In this document: positions 17,169 through 31,700 of the stretch, one piece after another
How positions within the stretch are numbered: the stretch's first letter is position 1
How the letters are laid out: every line of letters begins with the position of its first letter
Assembly (NCBI RefSeq): GCF_009914755.1
Contig: NC_060929.1
Reading direction: 5' to 3' (one strand)
DNA from: the human T2T-CHM13v2.0 reference genome, Homo sapiens
DNA: 64,000 nt
Position numbers and translations under genes: made by a program
Notes under the pieces: generated by a model
The model's input: only the letters and a program-made list of their open reading frames with translations
Told to the model about the DNA's origin: nothing
Databases searched by the model: none

Positions 17169-17630
17169 GTAGGCCATTCTAACATTTTTGTTTTGGCATA
17201 ATTGTTACCCTTATTTGCAGCTTTTTTTGAAACACTAAGACTGATAAACTTTCTATTGTCAGTTATCCATATAACAGATCTTTGGTTTTATAAGTTTTAG
17301 AAAGTTGTTAAACTCTTAACTATATATAGGGAGAAGAGAATATCTTTTGCATATGTTTAATATTTATTCAACACCCATGATATAGGCATTAAATAATAAT
17401 GCAGAATTTTTGTTTCTCCTTTTTCTTGTTTGTTACCTCTTGAGACTAAATTGAAGTCAAAGAACTATCACAAGCAAGGCTGACTTTTGGGACATTGGCT
17501 TCGTTTTGAAGTAGGCATGCTTAGGCATGAACTCCTATTAACTCTGAAAGTAGGTCATATCTAATGGTAGAGTCTTTTAAAAATTTCAGTGACTAAAACA
17601 ATATATACTTATCTGACACACTATTTTTAA

Positions 17631-17994
<364 letters not shown>

Positions 17995-18296
17995 TAATAT
18001 GAAAGTCATGAAAACTTAATGATTGTTGAAATATTTCTGGATGTCCTTTAGTACTAAGAAATCTTTCCACATTAGTGCACAGAAAATTCTGCATGTCAGA
18101 ATAGCAATCAGTACTGTAAATTTCCAAGTTTCTATTTAAAAATGATTAAAAAATCTGAAGCAAAAAGGTTAAAAACCAACAAAAATAATTACAGATTATA
18201 TATAGTTTCCTTGCCCTGTCTTATGGTGGTGATTATGGATTATATTTTAACAATTAGATGTGTGGCTAACAGATTTGTGTTTTAAAAAAGACTTAT

Positions 18297-18584
<288 letters not shown>

Positions 18585-19331
18585 TATATATATACAGAGG
18601 TAAAATGATTTACCTTTGGGATTTAAAAGTATTATAGACACATATATATTTGGCACCCTTTTTATATAAAATTCAAAAAGGACCAAAGGCGGCAGAGGAA
18701 GGGAGTGGTATGTTATATAAGATGAAAAAGCAAAAGACTGAAATTACAAAACTATATATTGGGGGACATAAGGCTAGTTTCAAAGAAATCCTGTTGGATG
18801 ATTGCTTTCATTGTATGCGTATTGAAATTATAATGCATTTCTGGTAGGTGGCAGCCATGTAGCATGAAAGCTGGTAAATAACTATGTGGTTGGAAAACTA
18901 TGAGATAACTGTCAATAGGGAATTTGAAGCTTTCTTCTTTTTTCACTAATTTTGCCTTCTACCACACTAATATATTGTCTTGACAGAGTATATTTCTTAA
19001 GGTGGAGATAAATGCTTGAGTAATTACTATGCTGTCCTCCGCTATTGTGGTAGGAGTCTGTGAAACAGTTCTCTCCCCAAAGCCTGAGGATCCCAGATCA
19101 AGTGCCTCTGTTTTTTAATCATCTGAATGTCATGTAAAGTGGTCAAAGCTTGTAGTTTTAGGCATCAACATGGCTTATAAATCTCGATAATAATTGAGTC
19201 TCAGTTTAAAGGATTGGTAGGTTGTTCGTGCCTGTGTAACCTTGACCTCTCATTGTACCCTTGATGTATCTGGGATATCCAGCACCTGGTGCCTGGCCAC
19301 ACTTGGTAAGATCAGGCCTATCCCGAAGAAA

Positions 19332-19411
19332 GTAGTCATCCTTAGTATTCTCAGGGGATTGGTTCCAGGCTTCACAAGGATTCCAAAATCTGAGGATGCT
19401 CAAGTCCCTTA
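19332..19411 (+). mobile_element. MER2 (Tigger family) fragment
   Basis: ggggattggttccagg...ccaaaatctgaggatgctcaagtccctta. Confidence 0.75.
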
Positions 19412-20007
19412 CTGTACTCGTTTTCTCTTCTTCATTTTTAAACTCAACATTTGCCTCAAATCAAAAGCATATTCCTTTCTCTACTTTTCACTCTTGCTTT
19501 TTTCTATTCGAATGAGATAGAGGTAGGCGTCAAACAGCTTACAATAGGTAGTAAGTTCTAAAATAACTGATTATGTCCTAATAAGATGATTTTGGAATAA
19601 GACAAATTCATACTGATGTTATGTTGACAGGGTATATTAGGGCAAAATAAACACCTCAGACTCAGAGAATTAAGCATGGGAGTCCTTTCTGTATTAATCT
19701 AAATTTAAAAATCTTTGTAGAAGCTTTGAACTAAAAATGTAAACAAATAGATTATTGATTCGGGTTTTCTTTGGGCACACTTTTTTTTTTAATTAATTGA
19801 CTTTTGCTAAATTAGATAACTTTGTAGAATGTTTGAGACAAAAAAATGAATGTATGATTTTATGTGAAATTTCATTATGTAAAATTTCAGAAAGCAAAAG
19901 TGTGGGTTTTCAGTGGTGTGGTGGAGCCAGCTTGCACCAGCCCGTTAGAACTGATTGGAAATTTTGTAAACTAGTTGTTAAATATAAACATTAGTAAAAA
20001 TTGAAGT

Positions 20008-20503
<496 letters not shown>

Positions 20504-21629
20504 TAATTAGCTTACTACATTTTACTGTTATCTATGCTCTTGAGGTTATTTATGCCTATCATATTTATATGGTAAAATAATATATAATGGCTGGCTACCG
20601 GGTGTGTCTTCCTAACTTCACATTTAGTGACATCATGTTAGAGCCTGAACTTAGCCATAAAAGAGTATTTATTTAAACCACAGGAATTGGCAAATGCTAC
20701 AAATCAGGGCTTAATTTATTCTTTTGTTGATTGTGCTTAAGGAAGTGATAGAGAAAATGTTAATGCATGTCGTGTCTATAGTCATTATATTCTGAATTTC
20801 ACAAAAATTAAGGAAACAGTCTTCCAATATTCAAATAAGTTTAATCCAATCAGTATTTATGTTGGAACTGTGCCCAGAAGATTATTAAACATTTATCATT
20901 ATACCACTGGTTTAAGTTCATCAAATTTTATTAATGTTTTAATTAACAAATTAGAATTTAACATAAGTATTTTAAGCTATATAAATGGCAATAAAATGTA
21001 TTTTTATTTATTCAATACCAGTTTACCACTTAGAACATGAGATGTATTTATGCATTTATAATAAAATGTAGTTTGTAGTGTTCTTAAATTTGTATATTCT
21101 CATTCACCTCTATATGGAGGTTCCCTAAGTGACTGATAAAAGTAATGGAAACTTTAAATAAAAACAGTGACAGCAAAACTGAATTTTATACTAGAGATTA
21201 TGATTCCATAGGCTTATGGATGGTTTAAGAGCCTGCATTTTATTGCATATCTTATATGGATGTTATTAGAATACCATTAGCAATATAGTGAAAAACTTTT
21301 TAGTTCCTAAGAAAATTGTTTCCAAATAAAATATCAATATGCACACACAAAAAATAAGTCTTAAGATTTGTTTTCTTGTACTGACTGTCATTTTAGAGTT
21401 CTATTACCTTATGTGGGTAATTCTCATTCTCTTTAAAAGCCTGTATTTCCTCATCTGTAAAATAAAGACATTATGCTAGATAATCTTTGAGGTAGAAATG
21501 ATGATTATCAAAACGTTACCTTTCATTTATAGGGATTAATTTTTAGTGCTGCTTCTGAATCCACTGAGTATCTTATCCCACAAGAAAATTGAAGGATTGT
21601 AATTTTTTTCACTTGTTTCTTTAGTTGTA

Positions 21630-21752
21630 TTATGGGGATAACAATAGTACCCATCATCATAGTGTTATTTTGGAGATTAGGCAAGTAAACCTGTTAGTGT
21701 TTAGAAGAATGTCTGGCACATAGTAAGTGCTGTATAAGTATTAGCTGCTATT
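21630..21752 (+). mobile_element. MIR 3' half
   Basis: tggggataacaatagtaccc...tctggcacatagtaagtgctg...ttagctgctatt. Confidence 0.75.
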
Positions 21753-22938
21753 CTACCTTCTTCTTGTTTTCCCTCTTCTCTCCTTTTCCCTATCTTCACT
21801 CCCCTCCCTCATTTTACTCTTCCCCTTTCCTTGGAGGGTTGATACTAAACTACAACTCTTTTTCTTTTGTACAAGTAGAATATTAATAAATATTCTTTTA
21901 AAAAATGCAGTACACTTCAATAAGTTCATAACAAATTAAGAAAAATTTTAAAGTTTCTTAGAAAGACTATTTTTTTTCCAGCAACAAGGCAATCTAATGT
22001 AGCTAAAAAACCCTCCTGCTATAAAATACCCCGTAGTGCTGGATAAAATATAAATTTTGTTTTTTTCAAACATCCAGCGTGAGCTTTAAGACAATAAGGA
22101 AAATACCTGGTTTTTAAAAAATGAATGATTTTTACATATATTCTTATAAATGAGATGGGCCTTACCTTTTTCTTGTACTGGCCTCTTCTGATTTTTGGTA
22201 TCAGATTATGTTCACCTCTTAAAAAGAGCTGAATCATTTCCTTCTTTTTTTCTATTCTCTGGAACAGATTGTGTAAAACAGAGGTTAGATGTTCCTAAGT
22301 GTCCTGGAAAATTTAACAGTTAGATATTCTGGTCTTGGTGTTTTTTACAGAAAGATTTTTGACTACAAATTCAATGTCTTTAATAGTAGCAGATTCTATT
22401 TAGTTTCTCTAATTCTTCTTTGATCCATTTTGATAATATATGTATTTTGGAAAATTATACTGTTTAAGTTTTCAAGTTTATTTGTATAACATTATTTATT
22501 GCATTCTCTTATGCTTTTTACATATATTTGTAAATTCCTAACACTGCCTTTTAAAACTTGACCAATTAATAAGATGTTTGTCTATAATTATTTTCAAAGA
22601 ACTAGCTTTTAATTACATCGTTTTTTATTTTGTTTCACTAAGCAATAATTGTCCTCTTTTATCTCATATATTCTACTTTCTCTGTTTCCTTTTCCCACCA
22701 ACCCCCACTGGTATTATTTTTCTGATTTCTTGAATTAAATTTTAGATAATCAGTTTTTAGTTTCTTTGTTTTCTGTTATAAACAGGGCTGTATATTTTAC
22801 TATAAATAATAATTTAGATGCATCTCTGAATATTTGATACATTTATGCTAGGCTTCTCTGATAAGTTTTAATTATCTTATAATTTCCATTCTGTCTTCTT
22901 TGACCCATGAATTATTTTGAACTGTGTGGGTTTTGTTA

Positions 22939-22987
22939 TGTGTGTGTGTGTGTGTGTGTGTGTGTACACATGCACGCATGTGTGTGT
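22939..22987. repeat. (TG)n microsatellite
   Basis: About 13 TG units plus a degenerate alternating tail. Confidence 0.95.
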
Positions 22988-22989
22988 TT

Positions 22990-23082
22990 AAGAGATGAGG
23001 TCTCGCTGTGTTGCCCTGGCAGGCCTCCAACTCCAGGGCTTAAGCAATCCTCCTACTTCAGCCTCCTGAGTAGCTGGGAGTA
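22990..23082 (-). mobile_element. FLAM/AluJ fragment
   Basis: agagatgaggtctcgctgtgttgccc...aagcaatcctcctacttcagcctcctgagtagctggga. Confidence 0.75.
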
Positions 23083-23086
23083 TGAT

Positions 23087-23384
23087 CTTTATTTTTTTGA
23101 GACAGAGTCTCAACTCTGTCGCCCAAGCTGGAGTGCAGCAGCACAATCTCTGCTCACTGCTCACTGCAACCTCTGCCTCCTGGTTCAGTGATTCTCCTGC
23201 CTCAGCCTCCTGAGTAGCTGGGATTACAGGTGTGTACCACCACGCCCAGCTAATTTTTGTATTTTTAGTAGAGATGGGGTTTCATCATGTTGGTCAGGCT
23301 GGTCTCGAACTCCTGACCTCGTGATCCGCCTGCCTCGGCCTCCCAGACTGCTGGGATTACAGGCATGAGCCACTGCGTCCAGCC
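23087..23384 (-). mobile_element. AluS (Sg-like)
   Basis: Antisense Alu with cctgacctcgtgatccg; internal 7-bp duplication tgctcac; followed by T19. Confidence 0.92.
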
Positions 23385-23490
23385 TTTTTTTTTTTTTTTT
23401 TTTGCTATTTAAAGAAGTTTCCAAATATATTAGGAAACTTGATTTGGTGTTACTTTTATTACTCGTTTCTCATTTCTAACTTTGTGGCAT

Positions 23491-23991
23491 AGTATTAGTT
23501 TCCTATTGCTGCTGTCAGAAATTACTGCAAATTTAGTGGCTTAAAACAACACAGATTTATTATCTTACAGTTCTAGAGGTCAGATAGCCAAAATTAGTCT
23601 CTCTGGGATAAAATCAAGTTGTTGGCAGGGCTGTGTTTCTTCTTGAGGATCTAGAGGATAATCTGTTTTTTTCCCCTGTTCTAGCTTCTAGAGCCTACCT
23701 GCATTCCTTGGCTTGTGATCCCTTTGTCCATCTTCAAACAGATCTGTCGCTGACTCTCAGACCTCTGCTCTTCCCTCACATTTTCTGTAACTCTGACCCT
23801 TCTATCTCCTTCTATAAGGATTCTTGTGATTACATTGAGTCCACCCAGGTAATTCAGGATAACTTCTTCATCTCAAGGCCCTTAATTTAGTCACATATAC
23901 AAAGTCATTTTTGCCATGTAAGGTAACAGTCTCAGGTTCCAGGAATTAGTACATAGACATCTTTAGGACGCCCTTATTCTGTCTATTCACA
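23491..23991 (-). mobile_element. MLT1D-like MaLR solo LTR
   Basis: gtattagtttcctattgctgctg...tttagtggcttaaaacaacac...ttattctgtctattcaca. Confidence 0.85.
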
Positions 23992-24199
23992 TTATTTATA
24001 TCATTTTCCTTCCCCCACCTTTCCCACTCTGTTGTTTTGGATGTTATACATTCTGTTTCTTTTCCTTGGTATTGATATTATTTATGTGTTTAACAGTATT
24101 TAATATTATGCCTTTTTACCTTTGCATACCATGCTCATTTGTACTTTCCTTGCTTGTGTTGTTTAGCATTTTAGTTTCCCTTTGTTTCTAAATGCCTTC

Positions 24200-24593
24200 T
24201 GCATTAATCAGGCTTCTCTAGAGAAACAGAACCAACAAGTGAGAGTGAGATTTATTGTAAGGAATTGTGATTGTAGAAGCTTGGTAAGTCCACAATCTGC
24301 AAGATAGGCTGGTGGGCAAGAGACCTAGGGAAAAATTGTGGTTCTAAAGATATTATGTTGGCAAAATTCCTTCTTGTTCAGGAGAGGTTGTCCTGTCTTT
24401 GTTCTCTTATGGCCTTCAATTGGTTGGATGAAGCCTGTTCACATTATGGAGGTTAATCTGCTTTACTCAAAGTCTACTAATTAAAATGTCAACCTCATCT
24501 AGAAAACAACTTTACAGAAACATCTGAATAACGTTTGTCCAGGAATCTGGGTATCATGGCCCAAACAAATTGACAAAAATGTTAACTATTACT
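24200..24593 (-). mobile_element. MLT2-type ERVL solo LTR
   Basis: ttctctagagaaacagaaccaac...ttatggaggttaatctgctttactcaaagtc; near-TSD ccttc/ctttc. Confidence 0.85.
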
Positions 24594-24988
24594 CTTTCCA
24601 AGTTACTTAGTTTTTCTGTTACTGTTATTATCAATATTATGTACTTATTTAACTTTCTAATGTGTTTACCAATATCTTTTCTCGTAACATATTCTTGCAT
24701 TCCATTCTCCTTTCTATGCTCAGTTTTCCTTCTTTACACATATATTTCCCAAGAAACTGGGAGAAATAAATTCTCAGTTTTTATTTGTCTGAGAATGTCT
24801 GTTTTCCTCACAGACCTGAATGATGGTTTAATAGGGTATAGAATTCTTGGATAACACTTATATTTCCTTAGCTCTTTGAGGATATTATTCTGTTGTTTCC
24901 TAGCATTTGTTATTGCGTATGAGACATCTACCTTTAATTATCTTTTCTTTGTAGATAATCTGACCTGTCCTTTGCTGGTTGTTTTTAA

Positions 24989-25393
<405 letters not shown>

Positions 25394-26869
25394 TAATTTA
25401 TTTATTCTGATTTTTGTTTTTCCTAGACCCGGGAAGGGATTCATGTGGCTCATCAGTTTTGGAAAATGTCAGCCACTGTCTTTTCAAATAGGTGTTCCCC
25501 CCTTCTTCTGTCATTTCCTTCTAGAATGCCTAGTAAAGATACAGATTGTATTCTGTCCTCCATATCAGCTATTCTAATCTGTCATTCCTTGAGGTTTTCT
25601 TTTTCTTAAGTGATTTTTTTTTATTGAATTTCTCTTTGGTTCTTTTAAAAATATTTTAGTTCTTTTTTTTGCATAACCAGTGTTGTCATTGTGGCTTTTC
25701 TGTCTTTGAAAAATCATTCTAAACATTTTTACTGGTTTAGTCATTTTCAGATTCTATTTATAGTTTTAGATTATTTTATTTGTAGTATTTGAAGGGTAAT
25801 TTGCCTATTTATTACATCAGCTAAAGCTTTCTCCTCGTGATGGTTTCTTCAATTTATAATTTTTTATTATGAGCTCATCTTTACTAGGGACTATGTATTC
25901 TATGGAAGTCCAGTATAGTATGTGAGTATCTTTGTGGGACTATTTACATCTACATCTTTTGGTCCTTAAAAATTTCAAGGGTCCAGTCAGATTTTATGTT
26001 ACTTTTAAATTTTACACCACGGAATTATGTAAATTTAAAACCCTCACATATATAGGATACTCTTGTAGAGTTTTTTATGTTTTAGTGGTGACTGTTTTCC
26101 CTCTCTCATTGAAGGCTTCAAATTAATGACTGGCTTCTTTCCTCTTAGAGTTCATGGGCCACGTTTTTCTAGTTAATTTTTCTTGAGTAGCACACCTCTT
26201 TGATTCTGTGAGCTTTAGGTGGATGCTCAGTTCTTGATCCCCCACCTCACATCAGCTATGGGTATGTTTTCACTCCTGCAAGTGATTTAAAGGTGTATGT
26301 CCAAGCACTTAGCCCTTAAAGCCTAGAGCTGAGTTTGAAACCCCGGGGATTGCTACAGTGTCTGTTTAAGCTTATGGCTCTGGCTTTGACTTCTATTTGT
26401 TTCCAGCACTTGAGGAATTTTTGTTTCTTATTTTTAGCAAAGTATTATTTTGAAAGTATTTTATCCAGTATTTCTCTGTGTTTGGAGCAGGAAGGAAGCC
26501 CTTACATATTGGCTTGGACTATACCATGTTATAAGAATTTTCTGTTTTTTTTAACATTGATGTAATTTGATTGACTCTTAATTTCTTTCTATTTTAAGGA
26601 TATTGGTTGATTCTCTAATAGCTTTTTAAAAATTCTGTTTTGGGATTGTTTTAACTTTTCTTTTCCCTCCAGTGCGTTTTTCAAACATTTTTTGTTTTGT
26701 GTGTATCTGGTACCTAATAAATATTCAGTAAATGTTTTCTAAGTGAAAATAAGTCAAATGTTTAGTTTGTGCCAAAGGACGTTCTAGGTGATTTTAATAA
26801 GTTTATTTGTTTTAGGCCTCATATATGTTAAGTTAGACTGATAGACCCTACCAAGTTATAAAATGATAA

Positions 26870-27085
26870 TAATAATAGTAATAATAATAGCTTCAAATAA
26901 TTATAAGACACGTCATTTTCATTCTAACCCTGCAATATGTAGTATTATTATCACTGTTTTACTGTTGAGATAATTGAGAAATAGAGAAAGTAACTTATCC
27001 CAAATCACATAGTTAGCACATGGCAGAGCTCTATTTAAAGTAAGTCTGGCTCCAGAGGCTTGTATTCTTAATCATTATACTGTAG
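26870..27085 (-). mobile_element. MIR
   Basis: tattattatcactgttttac...gtaacttatcccaaatcacatagttag...tctggctccagaggc. Confidence 0.7.
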
Positions 27086-27119
27086 CTTTTATATCCTGTT
27101 GAGAGATATCCTTGATTAT

Positions 27120-27663
27120 TATTATACCTCTGCTTAAAATATTTTCCCACTGCTTTCTGGATAATGTTTAAATAAACATTTTATTATTTAAAAAATAAAT
27201 GTTTAAATAAGTATTTAATATTCTAGCCTACCTTATTCTATCATACTACATATCAGCCTTGTTCTCTGTTTCCAATTGCTAACAGTTTTCCAAAGGCCCT
27301 CTATTTCATGCTTCCATGTGTTTAATTGTATTCTCCCCTCTGCCTAGAATGTCTCTCCTTCTGCTTCTCTCCTGGCTAACTCCTATACGTCCTTAGAAAC
27401 TACAGCTCTTTTTGAAAGCTTCTATAACTGCTTATTGATATAGCTGTCCCTCTCTTCAGCGTTCCCCTAAATTTGTCCTCCCATAATGTGTCAGCTTATA
27501 GCATTTATTTTACTATGTTTTAATATTTTTTTTTCTTTTTGCCTCTCAACTAAACTGCCTTCTCTGAGGTAAAGGACTGTATTCTGCACATCTCCATAAC
27601 CCCATGACCTCATAAACATAACTGGCACATAGGAGATGTTCAATATATATTTATTGAATGAAT
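27120..27663 (+). mobile_element. L2 3' end
   Basis: ccctctgcctagaatgtc...ctggcacataggagatgttcaatatatatttattgaatgaat. Confidence 0.8.
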
Positions 27664-30273
27664 CGATAATTGTGATTTCATTACTTGTTTTACAGATCAT
27701 CCGTAAGATTTGTCTACTGCATTGTCTTGTTGAATTTTTAAATAGGACTATGAATTATTTTGTTAGTAATATTAATAAAAGATGTTTATAAAAACAAGTT
27801 AGTATCTTGGAATACAAGTTACTTAATGAATTTCTTAAGATATCTTTTTTAAACATATAACATTTTTGCTTATTTAGTTGTGAAAGAATATGGTTTCTAT
27901 AATAGTGTGTTATTTAAAAGCAGTTCTATTTAGCTATTTAGTTGAAAATGATTCTTTGGTGAAAAATTAACTCTGTAAATATGTATTAAGAGGAATGCCT
28001 GCTCTGTTTTGATTCTATGTTTTAATATTTTTACTCTTGGCAATATTTAATGAAAATGTGTCTCATTAACCTTGAAGTTACTAGTCATTATTTTGTGACT
28101 GCTTTTGATTTATTTACTGTCTTGACTTCATATATAGAAAACACTAATTTTATCAAAGCTTATTGCATTGTTTACCACTAATTACAAAATAAATAAGTAA
28201 GTAAATAAAGATCACATAGAAAAAATAAGTCTCTTGGGGTGAAAATTTATTTGTAAAACATATATTAATGGTTTTTATATGCTCATTTTCTTATAATAAT
28301 ATAGAAAATTTAATTGTTCACTTGGGGGCAGATGTTTTATATCATGGCTTTTTAAAAAAGTTAACTCTTTAAATGGAATGAAGGAATAGGAGAAAATTAC
28401 TTGTTTGAGCCTTATGGGAAATATATCTGAGATAGCACTATTTTGCTGCAACTGAAATTCAAACATGAGGAAATTGCAGAAATTTACAATTCAATATGTG
28501 TTTCATCAGGGAGAAATCCACAGATTGTTTTGACACTCAGTTAGAAATTCAGCATGAAGATGGACGTCTCATGAAATTTGCAGCTGCTGATTGAATTTAT
28601 ATTTCCATAAAGGCCATCAACAGTAGCAGCCTGCAGGGGAGGAGGGGGGAGAAATGACAAAAATCGTGAGGCTAGCATTTTTCCTCAGCATTATAGTCAC
28701 AAATTACTGGTAATAAGGGTTTACACTGACCAGGATTAAAGAAAAATATAGACAGCCAGAGGGAAGGACTTCTCAGTTTAATTGATTTTAACTAAATATG
28801 TCCACATTTGATATCTAAATATGTGTTTAGTCATTTGTAGAAAATCTAATATGTGTGTAAAAATCAGTTTATCTTTACTATTTAAACAGAAAGAATAAGA
28901 TAGCTCTTGAAGTTAAAAAAGGTTGTATAGTACAGGTTTTCATAAGAGCCTTTCAAGATAGAAGATGAGTATTGTAGGAATATAATACGAGCTTGTTTTC
29001 TATGTCACTGAAATAATTATTTCATGTTCTTGCAAGTAACCTACAGTTGATGTTTTTGAGAATAACAATTATTATTTTAAAATGTGTTTTAAAAATTTTT
29101 TGAATGGATATCCAAATAATAGTGACAGAGAACAAGTTACCTTTTCAAGGAAATTATTTCATTTTCAAGTGTGGTGGGTTTTTTATTTTTAGCAAAATGT
29201 ACAAAAAGTTCTTTCTTTTGTTTAATGCATATCTTGTGGAGATTTCATATTATACATGATTTTAAAATATTCATGGATTGTAGGTGAACTGAAGGACTTA
29301 GGAGTGTGTTCATTGTTCCTGCAGAGTTCTTTGTCTCTGTGGGCAGTGTGTACTTTTAACCATAACAGGATGCCCTCAGATAGCTTTATTTGAAAATTAG
29401 AATTTTCACAACTATATGTAAAAATATTATCCTTATTAAGAAAAATTATATTTAATTTAATATTAGTTTATAAAAAGTGAGAACATTACCCAGAAAACAT
29501 GTAAATTAAATTAAGTGTTGGTCTTTATTTTTTCACATACTCAATTAAGAGTTTAAGAACATAGTGTAACTGATTACAGTTGTTTTGTTATGTTTAATTA
29601 TATTTGAGACCATCTAATTTATAAACTATTGTAATTGGAAAAGAAGAGTATATATTTCTGCTACCTGTGCTTAAAAGGTACACGTGGACTTTTTTTTTTT
29701 TTTTGAGTTTCAGAATTTTCTTTAGGTGTTAAATAAGCATAATCAGGCTAGATTACAAGAATGTGCTTATTCTTCTAGGAGTCTATAAATGCTTGCTTTG
29801 TCAACATCACTTCCTATTGTTTTACTTTCTGTATGTTAATACCAAAATCTACCAGTTAAATATATTTTGACTTTTTATACATTGGTTTACAAACCAAAGC
29901 AAAACTGTTTTGTGAGAGAAGTACCACTGTGTCCAACAGATAAAGTTTGTAAGTATTTGGAAAAACGATTTTCTCATTTGTGCTTTCCTTTCACAGCATT
30001 ACTCAGGCATACACATTTTAGGTCATTCATGTAATCCAGACTTCCCTCTCTTTCTTTCTTCCCTCCTTGCCCACCCCACTTGAGAATTTGCTATTTTCAA
30101 CATTCCAAAATATATTAGCTTAACTATTTAATTTACTACTTATTAAAAGCCTCCTTTTTTTCTTCTTATCAGTTGCTGTCAATTTCATCACCCGATCAAA
30201 TCAATGTCTTTATTTCTCTTTTAGCTTGTTGTCCCTGCCCATATGTATTTTTTGTTTTTATGTATGAGATATA

Positions 30274-30600
30274 ATTCATTCACTCTTGAATCAACAGATA
30301 TTTATTGACTGCCATCTTTGTATCAGACATTATTTTAGGTTCTGGGGATATGTTAATAAACAACACAAAGCCTTCTTTCCACCTTCATGGAGTTTGCCTT
30401 TTAGTAAGAGACACAAGCAGTAAACAAATGAGTATATAATATGATGTCAAGTAGAAATGTGCAAAACTTACAGTGCCAGGTAAAAGGCTAGAATGTGACA
30501 AAATTAGAGTGCAGCAACTACATAATAACTTCCAGAAGGATCTCTCTGAGGATGTGGCATTTGAAAAGAAACCTGAGTGAAATAAGAAAGTGAGTAACAT
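30274..30600 (-). mobile_element. L2 3' end
   Basis: ttcattca...caacagatatttattga...ttttaggttctggggata. Confidence 0.8.
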
Positions 30601-30829
30601 TATAGAGTTCTACATATTTTCCTTTTTCTTTATAGCATGAACATCCCCCCCACCACAATTTGCTATGTGCATATTTGTTTTCGACTTATCCCCTTCTCTT
30701 ATCACATTCAATATTAGAAGTCTGAAATGATGCTTCTACAGCTCCCATCACTTCTCCATGCTCATAAAATTTCTATATTCATATACAGATACAAATAAGA
30801 TTTTCTGGAAGGGGTATTATTTGTCTTTT

Positions 30830-31255
30830 ACAAAAATGGTGTTATCCTATTTACCTTCTTCAACACTTGCATTTCTTAGTAAACAGTAAATAATAAACAT
30901 CACTTAGGTCGGACCTAAAGTATTATTGTTAATAACTGCATATTTTCCATAGTATGGATATACCACAGTTTATTTAACCTTTGATTAATGTATTGATGAA
31001 CATTTTAGTTGTTTGCAGTTTTTTTCTACTAAAAATGATCCATAAACATCCTGTACAAATATCCTTTTCAACTCATGCTTTTACCTTTTGTAACATGAAT
31101 TCCCAGAAATGGCATTGCTATGGCAAAGAATATGTGTAACTTTTATTAATAAATATTACCAGAGTACTTTCCAAAAAGACCTTAGCAGTTCACATTCTCA
31201 CCAACAATGTAGGTGAGTGTCTTTTTCCCCACAGCTTTATTAGCACTAGGTAACT
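30830..31255 (-). mobile_element. Old L1ME-like fragment
   Basis: ttccatagtatggatataccacagtttatttaacc, cattctcaccaacaatg. Confidence 0.7.
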
Positions 31256-31340
31256 TTGTTTTATATTTTGTGTATTATCTCTGACGGTTTTTAATCCATC
31301 TGTCATCTATCTTCCTGATGCTCAGTTTATGTGTACACTA

Positions 31341-31386
31341 GGCTTACTCTTTGCAGTCTTGTGGCTTACTCTTTGCCGTCTTATGG
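31341..31386. repeat. 22-bp tandem duplication
   Basis: ggcttactctttgcagtcttgt / ggcttactctttgccgtcttat. Confidence 0.85.
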
Positions 31387-31554
31387 AACTCTGTGCCCTT
31401 ATAAAACTGTACAGACCACTTTTCAGCAATCTTAGCATGTTGTATTTTAGTTACACATTTAAGTGTATATCTTTACCCACTCTGACCCCCAACACCTAAA
31501 TAACATGAGGCCTAGCACAAGGTAGATGGTCTAGGTAAATACTCACTTTCAAAA

Positions 31555-31700
31555 CCAAATGTATCTGGTGGAGAATACTGATAATAGGATAGGCTATACA
31601 TGTATGGGGGCAGGTGATATATGGAAATGTCTCCACCTTTCTCTCAATTTGGCTGTGAACCTAAAACTGCTCAAAAATATCTTTAAAAATAAAAATAAAA
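31555..31700 (+). mobile_element. L1MC-like 3' terminus
   Basis: gggggcaggtgatatatggaaa...gctgtgaacctaaaactgctc plus A-rich tail. Confidence 0.7.

Noticed and set aside
23385-23403. Poly-T at the head of an antisense Alu as the tail of another retroelement
   Set aside because: No element body recognisable after it; more likely an expanded T-run at the target site.
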